Below, in pieces: positions 1-13,750 of a stretch of DNA of 64,000 bases. The notes below the pieces were generated by a model. It did no database searches, was not told the DNA's origin, and saw only the letters and a list, made by a program, of their open reading frames with translations. Position numbers and translations under genes: made by a program. This stretch comes from Proteromonas lacertae (lineage: Eukaryota): assembly GCA_002245135.1 (NCBI GenBank), contig NGBS01000001.1, positions 62,001-126,000 on the forward strand, written 5' to 3'. Position 1 is the stretch's first letter. Each line of letters begins with the position of its first letter.

Positions 1-23
1 TTAATATTGTATTTAATGATTAG

Positions 24-167
24 GATGAATTATCATTTTACCGAATAAGATCGAAAAAACATGAAATAATGATTGCTCCAGGTATTTGTTTTATATTTTT
101 TATATTATTAGAGAATGAATATATTTTGATTGTTATTCAAAACCCAAATCTTGATTCAGAACAGTAA
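24..167 (+). CDS. DYNLRB: Dynein light chain roadblock-type, 3' part (5' end outside window)
   Basis: Splicing intron 82-111 gives [31 protein letters not shown], matching the roadblock/LC7 C-terminal motif [13 protein letters not shown]. Confidence 0.9.
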   Translation, partial: DELSFYRIRSKKHEIMIAPGICFIFFILLENEYILIVIQNPNLDSEQ

Positions 168-383
168 TAAGTGATTTATTATTTTTATATTTACTTTTTT
201 TTGGATTTTGAAGATTTACGAAATGAAAAGAATGAAATATTATAAATATATTTATTATAAGAATGTAAACATTTTTTTATATGTTTTTTATGTATATGTA
301 AATATTTGACGAGATATTTTATTTTTTAATTATAGGCTTGGCTTGTATTAAAAACGTTTTGAAATTTAATTTATTGATTTCTA

Positions 384-753
384 ATGTCTTCAGAACAAAC
401 AGAAAAATGGAAGATGATGTGGGGTGCGAAGGTACTGTGCCCTAATGATTTACCAGGTATTTTGATCGTTTTATTAACCAATAGACAATATCACTAAATT
501 TGTTATTGAAACAGTTGCATCATCCTTTAAGAAATATAATGACGATTTTGAAGGTAAAGGAGATGAAATTGTGAAAGAAGTAAAAAAAACAATGGATCAA
601 AAATGGGGTGAATATTGGCATATTATAATTGGAAAGAGTTTTGGATCTTATTCTACACATGAATCAAGGATGTTTATGTATTTTTATTAATTAATTGTAA
701 ATAGATTTTTCTATTATGGAGAATTGGCAGTTATGGCATTTAAATCAGGTTAA
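384..753 (+). CDS. Dynein light chain type 1 (LC8 family), probably an axonemal paralog
   Basis: Two introns; KKTMDQKWGEYWHIIIGKSFGSYSTHE...FFYYGELAVMAFKSG* matches the LC8 signature. Confidence 0.88.
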
Positions 754-864
754 ACTACTCCTAATTTATTATGTATTTCTATTTTTTATATTTTCTGTTG
801 TGTCTATTTTAAATCAACCCACAAAATCAATAAAAATATGTTTACCATTTCATTATCAAGAATT

Positions 865-1361
865 TTAAGCTTTAATTTGGTTAGCAATTTGATCTAATTG
901 TTTTTGACCTTCTTTTGTAATTATTCTTCCTCCTTCTGGTGATTTAGCAACAATTCTTAATTTTTCTAATTCTTGGAGAGCATGACGGATAATACCTCTG
1001 CATGCCTAATGAAAATACATTATATATTGAATAAATATACTGGCATATGATGTTGTCTCATTAAATGATGTCTTCCAGCACAACCGAATGAATTAGCGAA
1101 TTTCTTTACACCACAATTTTTATGTAAATATACTCTTCTTGCTAATGTAGCTATTTATAAACAAATAACCTAAAAATCTATACCCATCTTAGCATAGTAC
1201 CAATCTTCATCGAGAGGAGATAATTCCTTTTGTATAGCTGTTTTAAGAATATCACAATTTCTTGGAAGTGTGACTTTGCCTGATCTTTTCAAATGTGCAG
1301 CATAAGCGGCTATGAAATCTTGGGCATGGACGTCCTTTACAGTTAATGTATTTTGACTCAT
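865..1361 (-). CDS. RPS19: 40S ribosomal protein S19 (eS19)
   Basis: [23 protein letters not shown]...[11 protein letters not shown]; two introns; C-terminus [16 protein letters not shown]. Confidence 0.97.
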
Positions 1362-1619
1362 ATTCAAGTCTATATTTAATTAGATAATCAAAAAATACTC
1401 AAATGACTGGAATGGTAAACAAGCGTATTACTAAACACTTACATGTTTTTGATTGTCAAAGGGTTTTTTCTATTAAAAGTGGCCTTTCACTCAAGCCTTA
1501 TTTAATTTATATGAACAAGCTGAGCGTAATGTATAGTAATTGACCACACTTGGCTTGAGAATTCACATTCACTTGTTCAGGTTATTGTTAGCATTTAAGC
1601 TGCCCTCGACAAGAAAACG

Positions 1620-2001
1620 ATGAGTAAAAAAGGTTATACAACAGATGAATCTAAAGAGATTCGTATCCGTATTGTTTTGACTTCAACTAAAGTCAATTCA
1701 CTTGAAGAAGGTATAATTACATATTTTCATTATTCTAAAACCTACAATAGCATGTAAAAGTTTAAAGTACAAAGCTACACAAAAAGGATTATTAGTTAAA
1801 GGACCAGTTAGATTACCAACAAAGAAGCTTCATATTACAACAAGAAAATCACCATGTGGTGAAGGTACCAACACATGGGATAGATTCCAAATGAGAATCC
1901 ACAAGAGAATTATTGATGTAACTTGTTCTTCAGATACAGTCAAAGAAATCACCAATATGTCTCTTGATTCAGTTCAAGTTGAAGTTATTCTTCAAGAATA
2001 G
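1620..2001 (+). CDS. RPS20: 40S ribosomal protein S20 (uS10)
   Basis: One intron; [40 protein letters not shown]; absent from the ORF track. Confidence 0.97.
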
Positions 2002-2108
2002 ACTAATTGAATGTGAATTCATTTTCTAACATTTTTTTTTTGATTTGGGTTTTAAACAATACATAATAATATTATTATAATACACATTTAAAACATGAAA
2101 TTATTAAC

Positions 2109-3651
2109 TTATTTAGGTGAAAAATTACTTTCTGATAGTGTTTGACTGTAATTCATTATTCTGTCAAATGTATATTCATCACCTTTTGTATGTAATATTG
2201 TGTACTAAAAAAATACAACAATAATTTATATATATACTTCTTGATTTGCACATAACAATCCACCTATAATTATAAATGTTAATCCAATCAAATCACATAA
2301 TGGATTCATGTGAAATGATAAATTAAGATCAATATGATATAAAAATAATGATAAAAACGATAGAGAAGTAGCAATACTAAGCGAAGCAGACATTAACTTT
2401 GGTTTTAGTTCAACTAATTTCATTGAACATCTGTAAAATATATAATTTGTAATTAGAAACAATATCAGACATATTAACCCTAATGAACAATTCTGTTTAT
2501 CTTCATCATTTATATATGTACCATCATCATTTCTACATTCATATTGTATTAGACACCGTAGAAAGTGATATAAATTAATTGGATATGATTCTATTGCATC
2601 TCTGAATGAACACATGCTGTTAGGAACACACTGTAATGTATATGTAAGTGGTGATGTTATTGCTCCAATTAGTAATGTATATGATAATATCTTTATATTA
2701 AGAAAATCCATTGAACAAGGCTATTATTATTATTATGTAGAGAATAATATAATAATACATAATAAACAATAATTTTTTGCTTTATATAATCATTTATTGC
2801 TGCTAAAACACCTGATACTAAATACAATAAACTATATCAATAAAAAAACATAAATAATACATTGCATAACGATAATCTAATGTCTTATCATGTTCATGAG
2901 CTGTTTCTGTTAATACATAAATGCTATTATTATAAATATATTGTTATAATTAATACGCTGGTATAATAACTCCAATAATTACAGTAATTGAACCATATAA
3001 TTGATTTTTATTTTCACATTTCTTTTTTGAAAATATATTTATGATTGTAGTCATTGGTGCACTTATCTATTAGTCACATATTATATATAGAAATATACTT
3101 GTAGAAATAGCACAGTCAATTGAGCTGGACACATTCCTGTACCAACTACTAAACAAATATTTTGAAGACATTCCATTGATGCAAAAAGCAATACATATTT
3201 TATTGGCACTTTCTTTTCATCAACCAAATCAACAACATCTGAATCATTCTATTTACAATTGATATAATAATATTTGTACAAGAGGTAGATGTCTTCTTAT
3301 CAATGTTTCAACTAATAAATCTAAAATATACATAACCACTAGAAATTGTGATAGCCAAAATCTATCAATAATAAATGCATCTTTATACCTGTATGGTTCA
3401 AATGAGTCTACCATCACTTTGAAACTAAATCTTGTAATTGTTCCACTTATTATCATTAGCAGTGATATAAAAATATGTGTGTTATTCTAACTGTATAAAA
3501 TTGTTTAAATACTTTAAAAACTTCTTTGAAATTACATTTCTTCTGTTTTCGTTTTAATGGAAGTAACTATATATCATAAAATGGATACAAATACCATGTT
3601 CCTATCAATAGGAGATATATTTTCATCTTCTATCCTTTCTAAACCAAGCAT
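2109..3651 (-). CDS. CRT-like (chloroquine-resistance-transporter family, DMT superfamily) membrane transporter
   Basis: Multi-exon, about 10 hydrophobic segments; RFSFKVMVDSFEPYRFWLSQ and GMCPAQLTVLFLQ resemble CRT/CLT TM1-TM4; Cys-containing luminal loop. Confidence 0.65.
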
Positions 3652-3747
3652 TTTTGAAAAATCAATTAAAAAACTTGAATTGGGCTTGATATACAAAATC
3701 ATAAACACATTAAACAAACGATTATAACATAAGGTTTATAAATTATT

Positions 3748-5959
3748 TTACTTATCTTTCTTCCAATTAAGAAAATAAGATAATTCGGGAAATAATTCAT
3801 TAACAGAAGGAAATTCATCTTTAACATTGTATTCAAAACCATCAAATGCTATTGCAAATTTCATTTTTAATGTTTCAGATGATTTAGATAAATAATTCAT
3901 TAGCCAGTCTTCTTTGGAACTTTTATTATCAACATATCTTGGAGAAAAATGAGTTAAAATACACATTTTCACATTTGCTGTTTCACAATTAATCAATGCA
4001 TCATTTATAGTACAATGCTTTGCATCTACAGCAATTTCATTCATCTCATTGCTAAATGTTGATTCATGAACACATATATCACTATCTTGAATATATGGTA
4101 GATATTGAGATGAATTAGATAAATCACCAGTATATGAAAATTTGAATTGTGTTTTGAATGTAATTGATATTCCATAAGATTGATATGTATGTTCAACAGG
4201 AAATAAAACTATACTCATTAATTGAGGAAACATATTAGAAATCATATGATATTGTTGTGGAGTAATACAATCACTATTAATAACGATTATTCTTTTATGA
4301 GTATTAGTTGATTTTATTATTTCATTTAAATAATTATTCATTTTTGATGGTATTACTATTATCAAAGGATATGGATTATTTCTTCTTCTCTCTAATAGTG
4401 ATATCAAACCAGCATGATGATCAGCATGAGAATGGGATATGAAGATTATATTGATTGAATTTATAATCTAATGATTGAAATATAAAAACATATATATATA
4501 TATATATACTTCTTCAGCTTCATTTGTTGAATGATATATGCAAAAATCATCATACCAATCACAACCAACATCACATAATAAATGAAGATTTCCATATTCA
4601 AATAGAATACTGGCATTTTTACGATGTAGTGATGGTTTACCTGCTCCTGTACCAAATATTATCAAATGAGGTGAAGAATTATATTTTACATAATATGATT
4701 CACAATACCATTTATTCTCTCTTGATAATTGCCTTTTGAGTATTGAATTATTATCAATTTCATCATCTGTAATTGATGGGTTTAGAAATTTGAGTATAAT
4801 TCTTATTGTTTGTGATAATGGATTGTTTGTTACATTAAATTACTGGATTTTCATCAAAATATTTATTCAATCTTTCAATTTTTTCATCTGATAATCTCAA
4901 CATTGAATAAATACTCATTCTCAATGAATCTACATAATCTCTTTTCTCTATCATTGAATTAAAGACGATTTCTTCTGATTTACTTATTATTAGCTCTTTG
5001 TTATTTGATTCTTCCATATTATAAATAGAAAATGGATATATGAAATTAGTATTATAAAAATCATAATTGAATCTATAAATATTTGGTAAAAATAAATTCA
5101 ACTTTCTATTAGTAAAATAATTCTCTCTATGAATAAAAAAACATATCAATGATACTGTTTTTGATGATAATTATTAAAATAAAAATGCTTAATATTTGAT
5201 TCAAACATTTGTAGAAAACTAGAATAATGTATTGAAAATGCAATATCATCACTTATACAATGGTAAACATATTTTACTTTATGTTTTTCACAATTCTTAT
5301 TTTGCAATACAGAATTTCAGTATTGGATCATTCATCAGTGAGTTAAGATCATTCATATTGTTGCAAAATATAATTATAACTACTACACACTCTTCTATAT
5401 TAAGATAAAATATCATTGAATGAGGTTTATTAATATTGATGTGGTAATTTCATTTTATCATTACAGAATGGACAAGTTGATAATTCTAAAAATGATATTT
5501 CATATGGACAAACTAATAATGAAAAATATGGAAGTGATATTGGATGTGTATCATCCTTACCATAGTTTGAAAATGACAATATTGGATACTATACATAATA
5601 GATTGAATTAACATCTTATACTTTTGTTCTTATAAAGAATTTTAAAGTCTCAAATATACTTTCCTGATCTACATATCCACATATTTGAATATCTCCTATT
5701 CCACATTTTGATAACGAATATAACACACCAAATAAGCCAGTAAACCAATGAACACTGGAATTCGATATAAAAATGCAGGAAATATTCTTCTCTTTTATGT
5801 GTTCTCTTTGAAACAACTCTTGAATTCTACTTGGAACTCCAAATACATATCTATTTTCAATTAAAGGATTATATACGAATAATTTAGCGTTGTATTATCA
5901 GTTATTGTCAATATTACACAATCATTTGATATTTGTCTCAATGAATACCTCTTATCCAT
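3748..5959 (-). CDS. ELAC2: Ribonuclease Z, long form (tRNA 3' endonuclease); carries apparent +1 frame breaks
   Basis: YVFGVPSRIQELFQREHIK; IIFGTGAGKPSLHRKNASI; ISHSHADHHAG (HxHxDH); YTGD; HESTF; THFSPRY. Confidence 0.9.
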
Positions 5960-6027
5960 TCAAAATGACAATTTTAGAATATTTGGTTATTCAAAATTTT
6001 TGAACCACAGTTTTCTTTTTTTTTGAA

Positions 6028-7510
6028 ATGAATAAAACAAATCTTACAACTAAATCAGATTATGCAAGAAAATATAATATTAGCCAAATAAAACAAAAAT
6101 ATATAATATATTTTGAAGAATGTTTGAAATTAGTAAAAAAGCTTAAGTTCGAGGTTTTAATGTTATATTCAGTTATAAATATAACTAATTATGAACTTGT
6201 GTTATTCTTGAATATAAATAGTAACAAAGAAAATGATGAAAAAGAAATTAAAAAGAATTTATGGTTTAATGAACTGAATATACATATAAATAGTCTATTG
6301 TATATGCTGAAATGTCATTGGATAAATATAGTGAAATGTAAAGAATTATTAGAAGAAACAATGTTAAAAGTGAGTGATTCATATAAAGAGAATTATATTG
6401 GCATAAGTATAGAAGAACTCAAGTATTTAGGTTTATATTACACACATTATCATATCATTAATCCTAAGGAGAGTATATAATATGTTTAATTGTAGAAAAT
6501 TTGATAGAAAATGAATTGAAAAACACAAAAGATAATAAATCCAATGAATTAAATCTGGATTTCTGTATATATATATTATGCTATCAGGTTATTTCTTTAG
6601 GTGGTATTGGAGCTTTTGGATGTGAATATCTATGTGATCAAGTATATTTATTCTCAAATATAAATGAATTGTTTTTAGGAAGTATATATTATTCTTTCAA
6701 TTGTCTTTATAATAGGAAATAGTATAGGAGATAATGGTTTAGAATGTTTATGTAATAGTTTTTATTTACTTCCAGAATTAGAACAGCTATTTTTACAAGA
6801 TAATTGCATAACTGATGATGGAATAATATTCTTTTTAAACAATGTAAAATACATTCCAAAATTGTATTTATTATTCATAAATTCTAACTATATAACTGAT
6901 GATGGTATGACAATGATATATGAATGTGTTAATAAATTGCCTTTACTCAGAGAATTGTATTTTAGAAACAATTTAATTACAGAGAATGGAATTATGAATC
7001 TATTCAAGATTGTTACTTCAATTGATTATCTCACAGAACTTTCAATTACAAGTATTATTAATTTGGTTATTATATTTATTGTGTGTAGATAAAAATATAT
7101 CTGAAAATGGATATAAAGATATATTTAAATGTTGTACTAATTTGTATAGGTTAAAAATCTTTCAATTTGGAGGTTGTGGAGTATCAGATGATATATTAAA
7201 ACAATTTTATATGTTTTCTAATCATCTTGTTAATCTTACTGAAGTTGATATAAACAGTATATAAGGATATCTGTTAATTCTTTTAATAGTAAAAGAATTA
7301 ACAAAATCAGGTGTAGAAAATCTCGCCAAAATAGTTCAAAAGTATCTATATTTAAATGACTTAACAATTTGGAGTATTTCTTTATAACTAATTATAATTC
7401 AATTAGCTCATGTTGAATATATACATAAACAAGAGACAATACAGTTACTTACTCATTTAGCTTTATATGAAGATATAAATATCAGTATTTTCTCCTGTCA
7501 ATGTGCTTGA
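6028..7510 (+). CDS. Ribonuclease-inhibitor-type (28-residue) LRR protein with a helical N-terminal region
   Basis: Repeats ELFLGRNSIGDNGLECL, QLFLQDNCITDDGI, ELYFRNNLITENGI; phase-1 introns inside repeats. Confidence 0.8.
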
Positions 7511-7601
7511 AACTCTATTTTTAATATTAGGTTTTCGAAAATTGTAGTTATTTTTTCTTAAACCCATTATTTTTTTCTTTCTCTTTTTATTCTTCATATA
7601 A

Positions 7602-10331
7602 ATGGTATTTAACACAATTATATTTATTTTTCTTTTGTTCAGTGTTTGTATATCTGAAGCATATGTAGATATAGCGTATACTATCGTATTTTTAATATTT
7701 TAGGAGAGAAGACAATTTGTTAGGTAATATATATTCCACAGTTGAATTAAAAATGTCTGTAATGTTAAATGAAAATTTAAATGAATTGAAAAACAGTATT
7801 GTAGATTATTCCCCTAAATTGAGTGGTACTGAAGTGAAGAAGATATATTCATGTCATAATAATTTTGTTTTAAAGATTACAGAAGATTATGAGATAGTAA
7901 CTGAAAAAGATCAATTTTCTAAATTGTCTTCTTCACAAATCGAATTAGTATCTTATTCCCTCAATTTAATGAATGAATATAACAATTTAAATAGACAAAT
8001 ATATACCTTTATTCAATTTTCATCACATAATAATCCAATTATTCTATCAAATCATATCAGTAAAGATTGTTCTGTTCTTTCAGAGATTATCTCTCATAGA
8101 AGTTATTTAATATATAAATATATATTAAATCAGTATTTTGTATGTAAGAAATACTCATTGTTTAGTCATTTATGTTTTAGTATTGATGATGATTTTTTAC
8201 CTATTAATACATTTATAATATCAAATAACTTAATAATTACAAACAATAAAGAAATCTTACAGATGTACAATGCATCTGATGATAGAACAATAGAAGTAAA
8301 GAATGTCATATCCAATCAAATCATCTGTAAAAATGGAGTTGTTTATCCAATCCAAATATGTTATTATAACAAAGATATCTATAATAATAAAATGGTAAAA
8401 TCAGATAGATATTGTACAATAGATGATTATAAGCCTATAATTAATGAATGTAAATCATTAGATTTATCACGAGATGTATATTTCATCAAAGAATCAGAAT
8501 GTGTTGAGAATAATACAAATAAACCTCAAAACAGTACAATACAATGTGAACATTTACCAATTACTCATTATATGACAATAATAACATTGGTTATAACAAT
8601 ATTTATAATAATTACTATAATTATAGCAGAGTTAATAGTGATATGGTCATTTCATCATAACTTTATATCTCAACATAAAATACATTATATTTTAGCAACA
8701 CTTTGTAGTTTTATAATTTCAGAGGTAATTCAGTTATTATTAAATGTAATGGAAATGGCTAATAATAGTTGTTATATATTACAATCATTTCGTACATTAT
8801 TTATTACAGTAGGTTTATTGTTAATGAGAATTGCTTATGATCATATAATTGAAGAAGAAATTAATGCAAGAGTTATACCAATACAAGGTCATATTATATA
8901 TATATGTAGATGTGCATTTATAGTAGCAATTCAGATATTTCTAGTGTTTTATATTACCAGTAAGGATTTGTTAGTTAAAGAGTATAATATATCAAGTATT
9001 GAGATAGAAATACATTATTGTGGTAAAACAAATGAACAAGAATTAACTACTAATATCATACCTGTATATATATATATATATGAATTTAACATAATGTATA
9101 GTTATTAACATCCTTATCAATCATTGGAGAATTGATATTATACACAAACGAAGAGTTATCAACAGTATCATCATCAATTGTAAAAGGAATATTCATTTAT
9201 TCTATATGTTATGTAGTTATTGAAGTATTAAATGTGATTTTAAGTTATTATTATTATGGAATGTACAATTTGTTATTTTCAATCTTATTTTCACTGTCAG
9301 TCTTACTATCAATGAAGTTTTTAGCATATACAAAGTTCTATAAGAAGAATATAATCAATCCATACTTGAAGAAATCAGAATTATACAAGCAGTTACTACA
9401 AGAGCCAATCATGAGAGCTTATTTCACACAATTCCTTAAAGATAATGACAAAGAAATATATATTGATTTCTATCTTAGTTGCTTGCAATATAGACTAAAT
9501 TCAAATGATCAAATGTCAAGTGTAGTAAGAAGTACATATGGAAAAGAAATATATGATTTATATTTATCACCAGGATGTATTAAGCCAATTACACTTTCTG
9601 AAGAAAAAAAGAGATTACTTGTTATTAAAATAACTCGAAGGCAATTTGAACCTGATTTATTCTTAGATGCTGAAGGTGAAATAGCTGATTATTTGATAAA
9701 AACATCAGCGAATGGATTTTTACATAGCCAATACCATGAAGATGTTAAACCAGTGAATAAATGGTTTAGTACATATAAATCACTACCTAAATTTGTACAG
9801 TCTGCAATTAGAACTAAGATTAATGAAGATTATCTCAGTATAGATGGATCAAATTGTATTGAAATTCCAAATCAACTTTATTCACAATCATTTTTAGATG
9901 TTAGTATATCATCAGATAGAAGATCATTTGCTAGGAATTCTATACATTTAGAATCACGACAACCACAACAGCAGCAGCAACAACAACAACAAACTATGGC
10001 ATTAATTCCTACTGTTGTAATGAAAACGCCTCCAAGAGAAAATGATAAAAGATCATTTTCACAAAGGTCTTCAAGAGTGTCTAGAATCGATATGTATAAT
10101 AACAACAACCTGGTTAACTCACCATTAGTTGCTAAGATGAGAAAGGTAGCAATGGGAAGAGATAGTACTAATTTAAGCAGAGAAGATGGAGAGAAGGAAT
10201 ATACAGTTGATGCTAAGCCTATGGCTAAGTATAAAACTACTAGTAGTGGAATGCAAAGATCTACTAGATATAGTATGAACGATTATAACTTTAGGACAAA
10301 TACTGCTTCTCAAGATCATCCTTTTGAATAA
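7602..10331 (+). CDS. 7TM receptor-RGS fusion (signal peptide, Cys-rich ectodomain, about 7 TM, RGS domain, low-complexity tail)
   Basis: Signal peptide MVFNTIIFIFLLFSVCIS; TM helices from about 8570; RGS motifs LLQEPIMRAYFTQFLK, IDFYLSCLQYR, EIYDLYL, FEPDLFLDAE. Confidence 0.8.
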
Positions 10332-10539
10332 ATTGTGTATATGATTATGAGTTTTTTATAATTATTCTAATTTTGTTAATTATGTATTTATATTGTTGTT
10401 TTTCATACTTTTTTTTAATTGTAAATAGAGTTTAGATAAAAGAATGTGATAATTAGAATATTGCTCTCTAATATTCAAAATTATGTATTCATCTTGGTTA
10501 AATACTTAAAATACAAGCTACAATACACATATATTTATT

Positions 10540-11385
10540 CTAATTACTTTTCTTAGATTGTTTTTTTCTCAATTTCATCGAAACTACAACAATAACTAAA
10601 ATAATTGCAGTCCACATGAATATATGAGAAAAGACACGACAAAACATAACACTATAAGGATACATTAACTCTCCATTACAATAAAATTAAGAAAATAACT
10701 ATAATAAAAAATTTAAAATGATATGTAAAAATATTCCAGTACTGTCCATCTGAATAGGTAACATTATCTATACTAGTATAGATAAATGTCTGAAGATCTG
10801 GTGCTACTTCTGTAATATGCTGTATAAAGTGAATTGAACTGAATGGTTCAGATATGCTATCATTTATCTTGTAAGTATATAGAAATAATGTGTCTTTAGA
10901 TATGTTCAAGGTTGAAATCTGTGAAATTAAATCAATTGTCTCAGAACTTGATTTTCTGTATATATTTACATTATTTTTATACCTTATAAGTTGGAGATTC
11001 TCAACAACGACTATTGGATAATTACATGATTGAATAAATAATTCTAATTTCTGTTTGTCCAATTTGTCCTGTTATATAATATTCAATACATATTCATACT
11101 GTACTAGATAAACTCCATACATTTGATACATTGTTATATGAATAAGAACTAACATAATCTTCAATTCTTGAATAGCCTTTCTAAATATGTATTATAATAA
11201 AATTATACATCAGTGTACATTACAAGAATTGATGGAAATTTGCCAAAAACAGATCTGTGGTTGATAACATCAATTGAAGTTGTATCTTCTACAGAAATGT
11301 AAAAATAGCAAAATATACCTGGATATTTACATAATACAATATTAAATAAAGTAAACACGACAAGAATAGAGAGAAAATTAGACAT
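10540..11385 (-). CDS. Uncharacterised ER-type membrane protein (signal peptide, two C-terminal TMs, KKxx tail)
   Basis: Signal peptide MSNFLSILVVFTLFNIVLC; terminal TM IFMWTAIILVIVVVSM followed by KKQSKKSN*; needs a frame correction near 10684. Confidence 0.55.
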
Positions 11386-11491
11386 TTAAAACTTCAAGCC
11401 TAAATCATTATCGAGCCTATATTCTGTAGATTCTCTTTTTTCTTCTCAAAACAAAAGAAATATCAATCAACTTATAGATTTTTAACTCTAA

Positions 11492-12434
11492 TTAACCTTC
11501 ATTGTGCTCTACAGATTGTTCTATTTGACCACTTGCCTTTGTATCACATTTCATTAACTCTCTCAAAAACATAGTAGCATAACTGCCACTTGCTATAAAA
11601 TATTAATAACATAATATACTTAAATCAAAACCAATTTCAAGTGCACGATACTTACCACTAGTAGGTTGATCTATCTGTTTACCATTCAGCTTATTAACAT
11701 CAGTAGCATATAACAAATCATCTGAATTATTGTAATATAATATTTTATATTCTATCTTTTTTGGCAATTCTATTAAGTTTCTATAAGCACCAGATAATTG
11801 ATATATTCTTTGTTTTGCTGAAACCCATCCATATTTATCTAATTCCAACTCCTTCAATAATTTCTATCATTATATTATATTAATATATACATCATATATT
11901 GGATCATATAGTGCAGGGATAGACACATTTCCTCCTGGTAAAGGAATTACAACATCTTTAAAACTCAAATCCTTATCTATTCAATATAAATAATAATAAT
12001 AATATATACGTTCATTAATGTATTTCTCATCAACTATGATTGGTTTATTCTATTTACATATATATATATATATATATAATACATTTTCAAGTATTAAATC
12101 ACCAATTATAACATTATGAGGGAAATTATTAACACGATATGAAGCTAAATAATTCCATATATAACTCTGTAGTGAATGCAAATATAGCGTCTTTGTCTTT
12201 GTATTCAATTTATCAAAGGCGTTGTTGTAAGCATTTGAAAATTCAATTAAACCTTTTAAGATACTTCTTTCAATATAGAATGTATAATTATCAGGCATTT
12301 TCTAGATAAAAATATACTAATTATATTTCATACTTTCAATGCTTCAGATGCATTACCTGTTTCTTGAAATATTTTCTTTGCTTCATTTGCTTCTTTATTT
12401 CCATTTTCTACTGGTGTTAATATCAATTTACCAG

Positions 12435-12469
<35 letters not shown>

Positions 12470-13674
12470 ATAATAATTATAATTATAATATTATACATTT
12501 TCAAAATCTTCCTTTAACAAGTATCTTCCTATCTTATAAGATGGTATTTCACTATTACCAAATCTTTGCAAACCATAATAATTAATAAAACCATTACTTC
12601 TCATCAATTCAACTGATTTTTGAATTTCTTCATCTGGAGATTCAATATTTCTTATTATTATAGTAAAATAATTACCCTATTAATTACAGTTTTAACAAAT
12701 AAATATATACTTGATTCTGACCTAATCTCAACTCTTCATTTACATATTTACAATTACCAACAGATAAATTTGGACACTGTTTATTACTATACGCCAATCT
12801 TTCTTCAGTAACACGATAAGCAGTTATTCTTTGTGTTGTAACTGCTCTTTTATCTTTTGTTCCACTGTAAGAGAAGATTTTTGGTTTACAATGTAATGCA
12901 TAAGATAATTGAGATATTGCAGTCATTGTATCCATATTAAACTATAATATTATATATTATATATTAACATATATACTTTATGTAATGTAAACTCTAAATA
13001 ATCACCTCTATCTTTAGGCCACATCTCTCTTGTTCCTCTATTATCAAATTTTTCATTAACTTCCTTCTGCTTTGTACCAAGTCGACGTATTCTCATAATT
13101 GTATCATTTCCTTCTTTGTAAGTGTCGGATATTAAACATTTTGGATAGTATTCTTTGATTATTTGATGTATTTTTGTTCTTTGTGTTTTATCATTGTTTA
13201 TAAATGTTAATGGAGGTGGTATGTTATGCATATCTGTTGCTTTATACAATTCTGTTATTTTATCTATACATTCTGTTGAAATTAGTGGGTTTAAGAAGGT
13301 TATTCCTTTGTCATGTTGTTCAGATAATTCTTCTTCTGTTAATTCTTTTTCTATAACAATTAAAAGAATAAAAGACTATTTAAAATCATACTTGCTTCTT
13401 TAAATTTTGCAAATTCAGTAAGATATGTAATAGTTCCTTCTCTATCAATTTCTCTGACAATGAAATCTGTGCATTTGTGTTTTATTATTCCATTAAATGG
13501 TGTACTTTCATACAAATAGCACTCTATACCAACATCTTTTTCATTTACTGAAGTATTACTCACAACAAACTCATCAGGAATAGGTACGGGTTCAATAATA
13601 CTGTCATCATCGCTTTCTTTGATTTTTTTGAAATTTTCTTTCTTTTCAGAACGATTACTTCTTCTCCTTTTCAT
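11492..13674 (-). CDS. PUS7: Pseudouridine synthase 7 (TruD family)
   Basis: FNGIIKHKCTDFIVREID; catalytic FSYSGTKDKRAVTTQ; GFINYYGLQRFG; LSGAYR; SGSYATMFLRELMK. Confidence 0.95.
12437..12466. repeat. (TA)n microsatellite inside a PUS7 intron
   Basis: About 15 TA units. Confidence 0.9.
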
Positions 13675-13750
13675 AAACAGAAAATGATTAAAAAAATAAA
13701 AACGAATATATTTTTAGATTAATTATCAAAATTATATTCGTTTCAGATTG

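Noticed and set aside
7496..7510. C-terminal SCQCA as a prenylation signal
   Set aside because: Not a clean CaaX; CxC-type signals depend on Rab escort context
9878..10108. Poly-Cys ORF on the minus strand (also 48670-48912 on the plus strand)
   Set aside because: Antisense reading of CAA/CAG polyQ tracts in real genes
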